From NCBI GenBank assembly GCA_031416315.1, contig JANOTL010000123.1:1-42593 (forward strand): a DNA stretch of 42,593 nt, read 5' to 3'. Both the position numbers and the translations under genes were made by a program. The DNA comes from Pseudomonadota bacterium. Its GTDB lineage: Bacteria > Bdellovibrionota_B > Oligoflexia > Oligoflexales > CAIYRB01. Below the pieces are notes generated by a model that was not told the origin of the DNA, made no database searches, and saw nothing but the letters and a program-made list of their open reading frames with translations. Positions 1 through 8,704 of this stretch are shown piece by piece. Numbering within the stretch: position 1 is the stretch's first letter; each line of letters starts with the position of its first letter.

Positions 1-1
1 C

Positions 2-157
2 GGCGCCACGGGCGGCGGCGCTCCGGGCGGCGCGACCACGGGCAGCGGCGGTGTTCCGGGCGGCGGCGCCGACGGAGCCGGCGGCGCGGACGGTGCGGGC
101 GGCGCGGACGGTGCCGGCGGCGCCGACGGCGCCGACGGCAACGGAGGCGTGGAATGA
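2..157 (+). CDS. 3' end of upstream T2SS gene (probably minor pseudopilin GspI), Gly/Ala/Asp-rich tail; partial
   Basis: Frame 2 reads GATGGGAPGG...(GGADGA)n...GNGGVE*. Its TGA (155-157) overlaps the gspJ ATG (ATGA). The GspI identity rests on gene order only. Confidence 0.6.
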   Translation, partial: GATGGGAPGGATTGSGGVPGGGADGAGGADGAGGADGAGGADGADGNGGVE

Positions 158-903
158 CGGCAATCCCGCGCGCGCCCCGGCAGTCCGGCTTTTACCAGAT
201 CGAGGTCGTCATCTCGATCGGCATCTTGATGTCGCTCACGGTGGCGGTCGCCTCCATGCTCCGCTCCGGCTTCGACGTGAAGGCCGGTCTCTCGGCGCGC
301 GCCAAGGTCATTCACCGCCTCACCGTCGTCATGGCGAAGGTCGGCGAGGACATCGAGCACACCTTCTTCGTCTCCACGAAAGACACCGCGAAAAACGGCA
401 TCAGCCGCCGCACCAAGGGACAATTTCGCATCGAGAAATCGTCGGGCGACAAGCTCTTCCTGACGACGAAGACGCACAAGACGATCATCGCGGGCAAGTT
501 CGAGTCGGATCTGACCTTCGTCGTCTACGAGCTAAAGGAGTCGAAGACGACGCCAGGCCAAAAGGCGCTTTACCGCGACGAGACACCCTACATCCCCGAG
601 GACATGAAGGAGGAGCCGCCGCTGCGCCTCCTCGCCGACGACATCAAAAACATCACCTTCGAGTGCTGGGACGGCGACAAGTGGACGAAGGAGCCGTGGG
701 ACACCGGCCGCGGCGACTGGCGCAACAAGCTTCCGCGTCTCGTGCGCGTCACCGTCGAAGCGTGGGCGCGCGATTTCGAGGAAGGCGTGGCGGAGGACCA
801 GCAGCCGACCGAGATGATGATGTCCGTGTTCTATCTCAGTGAGTCGTGGGAATATGCCGAGCTGAAAGAGCCGGCCAAGACCGTGAAGTGGGACGCGCTG
901 TGA
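154..903 (+). CDS. gspJ: Type II secretion minor pseudopilin GspJ
   Basis: Prepilin-type N-terminus QSG|FYQIEVVISIGIL with Glu at +5 and a hydrophobic helix; C-terminal WDT...LPRLVRVTV typical of GspJ; lies directly before gspK. Confidence 0.85.
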   Translation: MTAIPRAPRQSGFYQIEVVISIGILMSLTVAVASMLRSGFDVKAGLSARAKVIHRLTVVMAKVGEDIEHTFFVSTKDTAKNGISRRTKGQFRIEKSSGDKLFLTTKTHKTIIAGKFESDLTFVVYELKESKTTPGQKALYRDETPYIPEDMKEEPPLRLLADDIKNITFECWDGDKWTKEPWDTGRGDWRNKLPRLVRVTVEAWARDFEEGVAEDQQPTEMMMSVFYLSESWEYAELKEPAKTVKWDAL

Positions 904-2141
904 AACTCCTGCCCGATAAGCTCCCCGAGACCTACTTCGGCTTTCCCGTCGATCCCGCCGTCACGCCCGAGGCGCGGAAGATGGCGGGGAAGCGCGGCAT
1001 CGCCATGGTCATCGCCATCATGATCATCTCGGTGATGATGCTCTTCACCACCGACCTCATCATCTCCTCGCAGGTGAACATCGCGCTCGCCTCCTCGCAA
1101 AGAGACAACATCAAAGCCGAGTACATGGCCAAGTCCGGCATGAACGCCGCCGAGCTCCTGCTCTCGGCCGACTTCGCCTACGACCTCTTCAACGTCCAAG
1201 CCAGCCAGGGCAAGGGCGCCCTCACCGACGGCTTAGGCGACTGGTGGGGCCTGATGAACGGCCTGCCGATCGGCGGCGAGACGCTCGACATGGTGAAGAG
1301 CTTCCAGGAAGGCTTCGAGCTGAACGCCGTCATGGACTCGGGCGTGATCGACCAGCTCCGGCTCTTCGACGGCTCCTTCACTTTGGACGTCTCCGACGAG
1401 AGCCAAAAGATCAACATCAACGACTGCTCGCAAGGCCGCTGCAGCGAGGTGCTGGAGATGCTGAAGGCCTTGTTCGCCTGCCCGGCGGAGAAGGCCTTCC
1501 TCGAGCAGAAGAAGGTGACCGGCGCCGAGCTCGCCTACCGGATCAAGGACTGGGTCGACCTCAAGTCGGACGCCTCGGAGGAATCCGGCTACAACGACGA
1601 GGACGAGCCCTACACCAAGCGGGAGCCGAAGCTCAGAGTCAAGAACGCGCCCTTCGACACCATCGACGAGCTGCGCCTGATCGAAGGCTGGGACGAGGAG
1701 ATCCACGCGGTCTTCGCGCCCTACCTCACCATCTTCCCGGTGCAGCAGAAATCGTCGGACAAGCACCTGATCAACATCAACACCGCCTCGCGCGCCATGC
1801 TGCAGTGCCTCTTCCCCGAGGCGAAAGGCGACTGCGCCGAGAAATCGGCGGTCCTCCTGAAGAAACGCGACGGCGACAAGGGCGCCCTCGGCGGCGACGG
1901 CAAGAAAATCCCCGACGTCCTGCGCGACACGCTCTGCTACACGGGCGAAGGCGGCAATGCCGGCGAGGCGAACAACCGCGCCAACTGGTTCAGCCAGCAG
2001 TCCTCGGTCTACCGCATCGAGTCGAGCGGCATCGTCAACGGCAGCGAGAAAAAAGTCGTCGCCGTCGTCGAGCGCGTCATGCCCGACCCGAAGAAGAACG
2101 AGAAGGCATCGCTCAAGCTCCTGTATTGGAAGATGCTATGA
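900..2141 (+). CDS. gspK: Type II secretion minor pseudopilin GspK
   Basis: KRG|IAMVIAIMII N-terminus; DESQKININ, IKDWVD, KNAPFDTIDELRLIEG and ININTAS motifs. GTG start overlaps the gspJ stop (alternative ATG at 981). Confidence 0.92.
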   Translation: MKLLPDKLPETYFGFPVDPAVTPEARKMAGKRGIAMVIAIMIISVMMLFTTDLIISSQVNIALASSQRDNIKAEYMAKSGMNAAELLLSADFAYDLFNVQASQGKGALTDGLGDWWGLMNGLPIGGETLDMVKSFQEGFELNAVMDSGVIDQLRLFDGSFTLDVSDESQKININDCSQGRCSEVLEMLKALFACPAEKAFLEQKKVTGAELAYRIKDWVDLKSDASEESGYNDEDEPYTKREPKLRVKNAPFDTIDELRLIEGWDEEIHAVFAPYLTIFPVQQKSSDKHLININTASRAMLQCLFPEAKGDCAEKSAVLLKKRDGDKGALGGDGKKIPDVLRDTLCYTGEGGNAGEANNRANWFSQQSSVYRIESSGIVNGSEKKVVAVVERVMPDPKKNEKASLKLLYWKML

Positions 2142-2280
2142 GCTGGCCAGGTCGCAAATTGCCGGCGAAACCGACTGGTCTAAGGCGTGCTTAGCCCGTC
2201 CGGGTGGAGCCTCGATTTGCAAGGCTGGCCCCACCCTGCGAAGATGAATTACCGCTTTTTATTACGGAGATAGACGCCTC

Positions 2281-3954
2281 ATGCAACGCGTCATTGGCCT
2301 CGACATCGGAAGCTATTCGATCAAAGCAGTCGAGATCGTCAATACGTTCAAATCGTATGAGATCGCCAATTTCTACGAGAACGTGATCCCGCACGTCGAA
2401 GAGCTCGATCAGGACGTGATCATTCCGGCGTGCATGGAGCAGCTCTTCCAGGAGAACAATCTCAAGGCCGACCGCATCCTGACCGCCATGCCGGGTCAGT
2501 ACATCTCCAGCCGGATCATGACGTTCGCCTTCGCCGACCAGCGCAAGATCGCCGCAGCGATCATGTCCGAGCTGGAAGATGCCGTGCCGTTCAACATGGA
2601 CGACATGATCATCGACTACCAGACGCTCGGCACCATGAACGGCCAGTCGATAGCGCTTGCCGTGATGACGCGGAAAAACTTTCTTTCCAGCTTCCTCGAG
2701 CACTTGCAGCGCATCAACATCGACCCGAAGCTCGTCGACGTCGACAGTCTCGCGTTCTACAACCTCTCCTCGCACATGGACATGCCGGCGGGGCAGTGCG
2801 CAGCGCTCGTCGACGTCGGCCACGAGAAGACCTCGGTTTGCATCGTGCAGGACGGCGTTCTGCGCATGTTCCGCTCGATCAACTTGGGCGGCCGCTATCT
2901 GACCGAGTTCCTCGCCAGAGACCTCGAGACGGATTTCGGCGAAGCGCAACGCGTCAAGCACCGCGTTTCCCGCGTCCTCTGCGACGAGGACCAGGCCGAC
3001 GACTTGACCGGCGACGACCGCATGATCGCCGAGCGGATGACGCTCGCTTCCAACGCGATCGTGAAAGAGCTCGGCCGCACGTTCTACGCTTTCAAGACCT
3101 GGGAGAAGACACCCCCGGCGAAGCTCTTCCTCTCCGGCGGTACGAGCCGTATCAAGAACTTCGACCGCTACCTACAGGACCAGCTCGAGATCCCGGTCAA
3201 GCTGAACCGCATCGACGAGACGGACCTGAAAATTAACCCGGCCCTTGCGCCCTACATGCACATTCTGCCCCAGTCGGTCGCGATCGGCATGCGCGCCGTC
3301 GGCTCGGTGAAGCGCCACTCGCAGATCAACCTGCGCCGCGGCGAGTTCGCCTACGTGCAAAACTACGAGTCGATCCTGAAGGGCGCGACCATCGCTTTCA
3401 AGATCGTTGCCGTCGCACTTCTCCTCCTTTGTTTCAGCTACGGCTTCAAGTACGTCTTCTACAAGCGCCAGATCGTCGCGCTGCAGGAGCAGTACCTGAA
3501 GGACTACACCACCGCCTTCACCACCGAGAAGAACAAGTACATCGGCGGCAAATACCAGTTCTCGAAGCTCCGTGGCGACGCGACGACGAAGCTCAACAAA
3601 GAGATCAACCACAAGCACAGCGCCGTCTCGATCTTCGCCGAAGAGAACCAGGCGAGCCCGGCGCTCCTGATCCTGAAGGGCCTTTCCGAGGGCGTGCCGA
3701 AGGACGTCAAGGTCGACATCACGCTCTTCCAGTACAACGCCGTGCCATCCGGCGGCGGCAAGCTGATCATCAAGGGCGAGACCGACGGCTACGCCTCGCA
3801 GCAGAAGATCCTCGAAGAGGTGAAAAAGATCACCGTTCTGAAGAACGTCGAGGAAAAGGGCACGGGCGCCAAGCCCGGTACCGACAACAAGGTCATCGAG
3901 TTCACCATCAACGCCGACTATGCGGGCGGCGCCAACGCCGCCCCCAAAGCCTGA
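2281..3954 (+). CDS. gspL: GspL-like assembly platform protein (PilM-type actin-like domain + TM + PilN-like periplasmic domain)
   Basis: IGLDIGSYSIKAV, LVDVGHEKT and LSGGTS actin-fold motifs; INLRRGEF then a TM helix; position between gspK and gspM. Confidence 0.8.
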   Translation: MQRVIGLDIGSYSIKAVEIVNTFKSYEIANFYENVIPHVEELDQDVIIPACMEQLFQENNLKADRILTAMPGQYISSRIMTFAFADQRKIAAAIMSELEDAVPFNMDDMIIDYQTLGTMNGQSIALAVMTRKNFLSSFLEHLQRINIDPKLVDVDSLAFYNLSSHMDMPAGQCAALVDVGHEKTSVCIVQDGVLRMFRSINLGGRYLTEFLARDLETDFGEAQRVKHRVSRVLCDEDQADDLTGDDRMIAERMTLASNAIVKELGRTFYAFKTWEKTPPAKLFLSGGTSRIKNFDRYLQDQLEIPVKLNRIDETDLKINPALAPYMHILPQSVAIGMRAVGSVKRHSQINLRRGEFAYVQNYESILKGATIAFKIVAVALLLLCFSYGFKYVFYKRQIVALQEQYLKDYTTAFTTEKNKYIGGKYQFSKLRGDATTKLNKEINHKHSAVSIFAEENQASPALLILKGLSEGVPKDVKVDITLFQYNAVPSGGGKLIIKGETDGYASQQKILEEVKKITVLKNVEEKGTGAKPGTDNKVIEFTINADYAGGANAAPKA

Positions 3955-3972
3955 GCCGGGAGTCATGACGCG

Positions 3973-4626
3973 ATGAGTGCCCTCGCCTCCTTTACCGACA
4001 AGTTCAAAGGCAGCTCGCACGGCGTCCTGAACGTCCTGCGCGTGCGCCTCTTCGGCGCCAACAACGAGAAGCTCGATTTCTTGATGGACAGCTTCTACAA
4101 GCTGTCGCCGACCCAGCGCTCGGGCGTCCTGGCCGCCATGGCCGGTCTCGTGGGCCTCGTCGTGCTCGGCGCCATCGGCCTCTACTTCAGCCAGGTCAAC
4201 ACGCTGAAGCAAGACCTCTCGAACAGCTTCGCGGCCCTGCACGAGCTGCAGTCCTTGAAGTCGCAGTTCGAGCAGGAGAACAAGAACTTCGAGAAGCTGG
4301 TCGAGACGATCGACAAGAAGACCAAGGGCCAGGCGCTCAAGCCCTTCTTCGAGAAGATCGGCCAAGACCTCGGCGTGACGCTGGAAGGCCTCTCCGACGC
4401 CAAGTCGCCGCTCGCCACCGACAACCCGCTCGCCGACAAGGTGCAGGAAGTCAAAGTCGAGATGCGGCTTCCCAACATCTCGATCCCGCGCATGATGAGC
4501 TACCTCGTGGAGATCGAGAAGTCGAACAAGTACCTGCGCGTCCAGGATCTCCAGATCCGCGGCCGTTACGGCACGAAGCTCTTCTTCGACGGTCAGGTCA
4601 AGGTCCGCGGCTACGGAGTGAACTGA
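3973..4626 (+). CDS. gspM: Type II secretion protein GspM-like
   Basis: LSPTQR then a TM helix, coiled coil and ferredoxin-like C-terminus (EVKVEMRL...YLVEIE...LRVQDLQI); operon order. Confidence 0.7.
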   Translation: MSALASFTDKFKGSSHGVLNVLRVRLFGANNEKLDFLMDSFYKLSPTQRSGVLAAMAGLVGLVVLGAIGLYFSQVNTLKQDLSNSFAALHELQSLKSQFEQENKNFEKLVETIDKKTKGQALKPFFEKIGQDLGVTLEGLSDAKSPLATDNPLADKVQEVKVEMRLPNISIPRMMSYLVEIEKSNKYLRVQDLQIRGRYGTKLFFDGQVKVRGYGVN

Positions 4627-5574
4627 ATGAAAAAGCTGCTGCACATCCTCCTGTTCGTCGGGCTCTTCCTGTTCAGCTTCGCGCTCTTCCTCTTCCTGAC
4701 TTTCCCGTACGAGGTCTTGAAGGAGTCTTTGTCCGCGGAGATCGCGCAGTCGACCGGCTTCAACGTCCGCATCGGCGAGATGGGGGCCTCGCTACCGCTC
4801 GGCATCAAGGCGAAGGACATCAAGATCGAGAACGCCGCGGGCAACTCGAGCATGACGCTCACCTCGATGTCGGCCAACGTCAGCGCCCTCAGCTTTCTCA
4901 TGGGCAAAGTCCGCGCCGAGGCGGCATTTGCCGCCTCAAGCGGCATCGGCAAAGAGCCGGGCGAGATGGACATTACCCTCGATTTCGGCCTCCTCGACCT
5001 GATCAAGGGCGAGGCCATGCCGCGCCGCTTCCAGTTCGTATCCGACAAGTTCCCGATCGACCAGCTCGTCGCCTTCGCGCTGTCTACGGCTGCGTCGGGA
5101 CCCAACGCCAACCAGATGGTCGCGCCCCTCATGACCGCGATCGGGATCACCGGCGCGCTCACCGGCCGGATGGACTTCGACCTCAACTCGACGAACCCGA
5201 CGCAGTCCGCGGGCTCCATGGACGTCAAGCTGGTCAACGCGACTCTGATGCTCGACCATCCGTCGATCGGCCTGCAGAACCAGACCTTCAAGACCGCCGA
5301 GATCAAAGCTCAGGTGAAGAACGGCGTCCTGGAGTTCGCCAAGGGCTCGGGCTTCGTCTCCCAGGAGCTTTCCATCCTCACCGACGGCAAAGTCGCGCTC
5401 AAAGCCGTTCCCACGGCCTCGATCCTCGATCTTCAGGTGGCCGTGCAGCTCGACGGCGACCTGAAGGAGAAGCTGGGCGTGGTCATGGACATGGCCACTG
5501 GCAAGTCGGCCGAGGGCAAGGTCACCATGCAGGTGCGTGGACCGATGGAGCAGCCCAACGTTCAGACCTTCTGA
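4627..5574 (+). CDS. gspN: Type II secretion protein GspN (deltaproteobacterial type)
   Basis: N-terminal TM followed by LTFPYE; beta-rich body ending VRGPMEQP; abuts gspM. Confidence 0.75.
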   Translation: MKKLLHILLFVGLFLFSFALFLFLTFPYEVLKESLSAEIAQSTGFNVRIGEMGASLPLGIKAKDIKIENAAGNSSMTLTSMSANVSALSFLMGKVRAEAAFAASSGIGKEPGEMDITLDFGLLDLIKGEAMPRRFQFVSDKFPIDQLVAFALSTAASGPNANQMVAPLMTAIGITGALTGRMDFDLNSTNPTQSAGSMDVKLVNATLMLDHPSIGLQNQTFKTAEIKAQVKNGVLEFAKGSGFVSQELSILTDGKVALKAVPTASILDLQVAVQLDGDLKEKLGVVMDMATGKSAEGKVTMQVRGPMEQPNVQTF

Positions 5575-5577
5575 TAT

Positions 5578-5607
5578 TTGACGCTGCGCCTTTGTTTGCC
5601 CTACACT
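5578..5607 (+). promoter_or_regulatory. Putative sigma70 promoter TTGACG-N18-TACACT
   Basis: Near-consensus hexamers in the intergenic gap before 5656. Confidence 0.5.
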
Positions 5608-5655
5608 ATCCAATAGAGACTTCCCTCAATCCTTAGCTCGAGATCGAGACGCCCC

Positions 5656-6051
5656 ATGGCCCTCGGCTCCCACGACGAGTGCGTCCGTAAGGCGCTTGCG
5701 GCGCTCGCTGCCATGCGGCGGCTCGGACTCGAGGCACTCGAGCGGCTCGATCAACGTGACGACGACGGTGCGAACGGTGCTCTGAAGGCCAGGATGGCCA
5801 CCTTCCATAACCTGCGCGCCATCGACGCCCGCGCGCAGTCCTTAGGCATAGATCTAGCCGAGGCCCCCGGCGCCAAGCTCATGTTTGCAGAGATATCCGA
5901 GATCGACACGCGGCTCGCCCCGCGGCTGGAAATGGCCAAGGAGCGAGCGCAAGCTCAGATGAACAAGGTCAACGCCGCGAGGCGCGCCCTTGGACGGTTC
6001 AAGGCGGAGACGGCCCGACAGGCCAGCGCAACCTTTGCGCACGGTGCCTGA
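5656..6051 (+). CDS. Hypothetical all-helical protein (FliT/FlgN-like size and character)
   Basis: 131-aa ORF, first gene of an apparent three-gene unit; no diagnostic motif. Confidence 0.55.
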   Translation: MALGSHDECVRKALAALAAMRRLGLEALERLDQRDDDGANGALKARMATFHNLRAIDARAQSLGIDLAEAPGAKLMFAEISEIDTRLAPRLEMAKERAQAQMNKVNAARRALGRFKAETARQASATFAHGA

Positions 6052-6089
6052 GAATGCCCAAGATTCAGGTTTCTACGGAGGTTCGTTCG

Positions 6090-7949
6090 ATGGCGACGCA
6101 AGGCGGATCGAGAAAAAAGCTGGCCCTCGTCTACGGAAATCTCCCGACCGTCGAGGAGATCGATCAGTTCCTGTTGCTCAAAGACGAGTACCAGGTCTCG
6201 GTGATCGCTTCGGAGTCGATTTGCGGCTATCTAACGCAAACGAGCTGGTTCCAAGGCCTGGAATGCATCGCCTTGCCGGACCATAACGAGAACACGACCT
6301 TCCTTCCGGGCCTCGAGAAGGCGCTCGCTGGCTTCGACGCCGTGATCGTCAAAGAGCGCCTGGGGATGTACGCCTTCCAGTGCGTCAAGGCGAAGTGGCG
6401 TCACCGCTTCCGTCTCGTCGTTTGGGTCGACAATGCCACGCCGTTTCCTGGCGAGGACCTGGTCCACCTGCGTACGATCCGCAACGAAGTCACGAACGCC
6501 GCCGACGCCTTTATCGTCCAGGCCGAGGGCGCCCGCGCCGCGCTTGGGCTCGAAGGCGTCGAAGACCGCCGCGTGTTCAGCTTCCGCCCTTGGGTCGAGC
6601 CCCGCGCTCAACGCGGCGGCAAAGCCCGCGCCAAGGCCGTCGCCACGCTCGGCCTGGCAGACACCGACTTCGTCATCGCGCACTTCGGCCAGATCGAGTG
6701 GGAAGAGTCCCTGTTCGACCTCGTCCACGCCGTGAAAGTCCTTGAAAGAACTGATAAATCCCTGGGAATGCGCGTCAAGCTGGTGTTCTGCGGCATCGGC
6801 AGCTTCTCGACCGAGCTTCGGGACCGTCTCGTGCACCTCGGCCTCGATCGCCAAGCGGTCTACGTCGCCCCGAGCCGCGACGCCGAAGCCACGGTCCTGA
6901 CCGCGGCCGACTGCCTCTACTACTCGCCGATGCCGGCCCGTGACCGCCAGGAAGGCGAGCCCTATCGCCTCGCGATGGCGATGGTGAACCAGGTCCCGGT
7001 CCTCGCTTCGCGCACGCCGCTCGTCGAGGAGTACCTCGGCAAGCATCGCCTCGACTTCTGCGCCGGCTCGGTCGACTCGCTCGCAAAGGCGATCAAGAAG
7101 GCCTCGCAGGCGACCGCTCTGCGCAACAACGTGTCGAACAAGAACGCCTCGACGATGAAGACGGCCCGCGTGAAGGCGGAGACCGAGATGCGCGAAGCGC
7201 TCGCCGGCGTCTTCCGTCAGCAGGCGACCGTCGACGTCTCGGCCCTCGATCATCAGGCCCTCGAGGCCGAAGCGCTGGTCGGCGCGAAGCAGTACCTCGC
7301 CGCCATCGACCTGATCGAGTCGATCTTCAGAATCAAAGACATCCCGCTGCACCACAAGTCGAACCTCTACCGACTGATCGGCGACTGCTTCACCAAGCTC
7401 GGCGATGGCGAGCAAGGCAAGGTCGCGTACAACCAGGCGATTGAGCTCGACGCATACAGCCCGCGTGCCTACATCGGCCTCGGCACGGTCGCCCTGACGA
7501 CCCGCAAGTACGACCTCGCGGTCCCGCAGTTCCAAAAGGCCGTCAGCCTCGCGCCCGACGACGAGATGGCGAACCTAGGACTCGGCCTCGCCTTCCACGG
7601 CCTGCAGGAGTACGACGAAGCCAGCCGCTGGGTCGTCAAGTCCTTGCAGCTGAAGCCCGACAACACGGCGGGGCTCTTCACGCTCGTGCAGATCGCGCAC
7701 GAGCGCAACAAGTTCTCCGAAGTCGAAGTCGCGCTCCAGGCCTACACCGAGCTTCATCCTTCGGACCACAACATGACCTACACGCTCGCCGCGATCAAGC
7801 ATCGCATCGCGAAGAGCGGCGAGGCCAAAGCTCTCCTCGAGCGCATCGTCAACGTCGATCCTTACGACGACAAGGCGCACGCGCTCCTCAAGCAGATCAA
7901 TCGCATGGTCTCGTCGCCCACCGCCGGCACGGGCACCGGCGAAGGCTGA
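6090..7949 (+). CDS. GT-B (GT4-like) glycosyltransferase domain fused to C-terminal TPR repeats
   Basis: GGAGG before ATG 6090; FVIAHFGQIEWEESL, LVFCGIG and VPVLAS segments; TPRs such as AYIGLGTVAL and ANLGLGLAF. Confidence 0.75.
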   Translation: MATQGGSRKKLALVYGNLPTVEEIDQFLLLKDEYQVSVIASESICGYLTQTSWFQGLECIALPDHNENTTFLPGLEKALAGFDAVIVKERLGMYAFQCVKAKWRHRFRLVVWVDNATPFPGEDLVHLRTIRNEVTNAADAFIVQAEGARAALGLEGVEDRRVFSFRPWVEPRAQRGGKARAKAVATLGLADTDFVIAHFGQIEWEESLFDLVHAVKVLERTDKSLGMRVKLVFCGIGSFSTELRDRLVHLGLDRQAVYVAPSRDAEATVLTAADCLYYSPMPARDRQEGEPYRLAMAMVNQVPVLASRTPLVEEYLGKHRLDFCAGSVDSLAKAIKKASQATALRNNVSNKNASTMKTARVKAETEMREALAGVFRQQATVDVSALDHQALEAEALVGAKQYLAAIDLIESIFRIKDIPLHHKSNLYRLIGDCFTKLGDGEQGKVAYNQAIELDAYSPRAYIGLGTVALTTRKYDLAVPQFQKAVSLAPDDEMANLGLGLAFHGLQEYDEASRWVVKSLQLKPDNTAGLFTLVQIAHERNKFSEVEVALQAYTELHPSDHNMTYTLAAIKHRIAKSGEAKALLERIVNVDPYDDKAHALLKQINRMVSSPTAGTGTGEG

Positions 7950-8025
7950 GTCGACCGACTTCCGCTTCATCCTACCTGCACGTAACCAAGGGCCCATCCC
8001 GGGCCTTTGCGGGGATCTATTCGCC

Positions 8026-8688
8026 ATGTTGCGTCGCGTCTTCATCAACAGCAAGAAAGTGCCTGTTCCGGTCCCGATCAAGACCCTTGACGAGGCGCTT
8101 GTCTGGATCGAGGAGACGCTCGTCCCGCCCGGTCACTCGATCACGCGCATCTCGCTCGACGATCGCCTGCTGACCGGCCGCGAGCCCGACACCACCGTCC
8201 GCGGCGACACCCGCCTTGTCGACGAGAGCCGCCTCGAGATTCAGATCGACTCACCGATCGACCTCGCCGTGCAGACCCTCGACGCCGTGCGCAACCTCGC
8301 CTCCGTCATCGGCGCCGGCCTGAAGCAGCTCGCCGTGGACTGCTGGCAGGCGCGCGGCAATCTGAAGCCGACCGAGTTCGACGCCACCGTGAACGACAGC
8401 CAGCTCCTCGGCGACCTGATCGACCACGTCACGGGCATCGTCGACCACGAAGCCGTCGAGACGGCCGGCGTCCTCGGCATCGGCGCCCTTTTGAAGCGCA
8501 CGACGGTTGGCCTCGCGATGGCGCGCGCCAATTCCGACTGGAAGGGCGCCGCTCGCATCCTCCTGAACAAGCTCGAGCCGCTCCTGAAGGAGCTCGTGGT
8601 CGAGGCGGAGATGCTCCACGTCCGGGTCGCGACGCAGCCCGCGACCTGGCACATGCAGCAGCCGAAGCAGAAGGCGCCGACCGGGTAA
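8026..8688 (+). CDS. Hypothetical protein
   Basis: 220-aa ORF with GGGGA SD and coding-like codon usage. Confidence 0.7.
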   Translation: MLRRVFINSKKVPVPVPIKTLDEALVWIEETLVPPGHSITRISLDDRLLTGREPDTTVRGDTRLVDESRLEIQIDSPIDLAVQTLDAVRNLASVIGAGLKQLAVDCWQARGNLKPTEFDATVNDSQLLGDLIDHVTGIVDHEAVETAGVLGIGALLKRTTVGLAMARANSDWKGAARILLNKLEPLLKELVVEAEMLHVRVATQPATWHMQQPKQKAPTG

Positions 8689-8704
8689 GCGTCTGTATCA
8701 ACTG

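Noticed and set aside
3172..4644. Long antisense or alternate-frame ORFs (for example 3172-4644, 17099-18634, 19304-21118, 24518-25984, 9836-11020)
   Set aside because: Shadows of well-supported genes in GC-rich DNA, with no motifs
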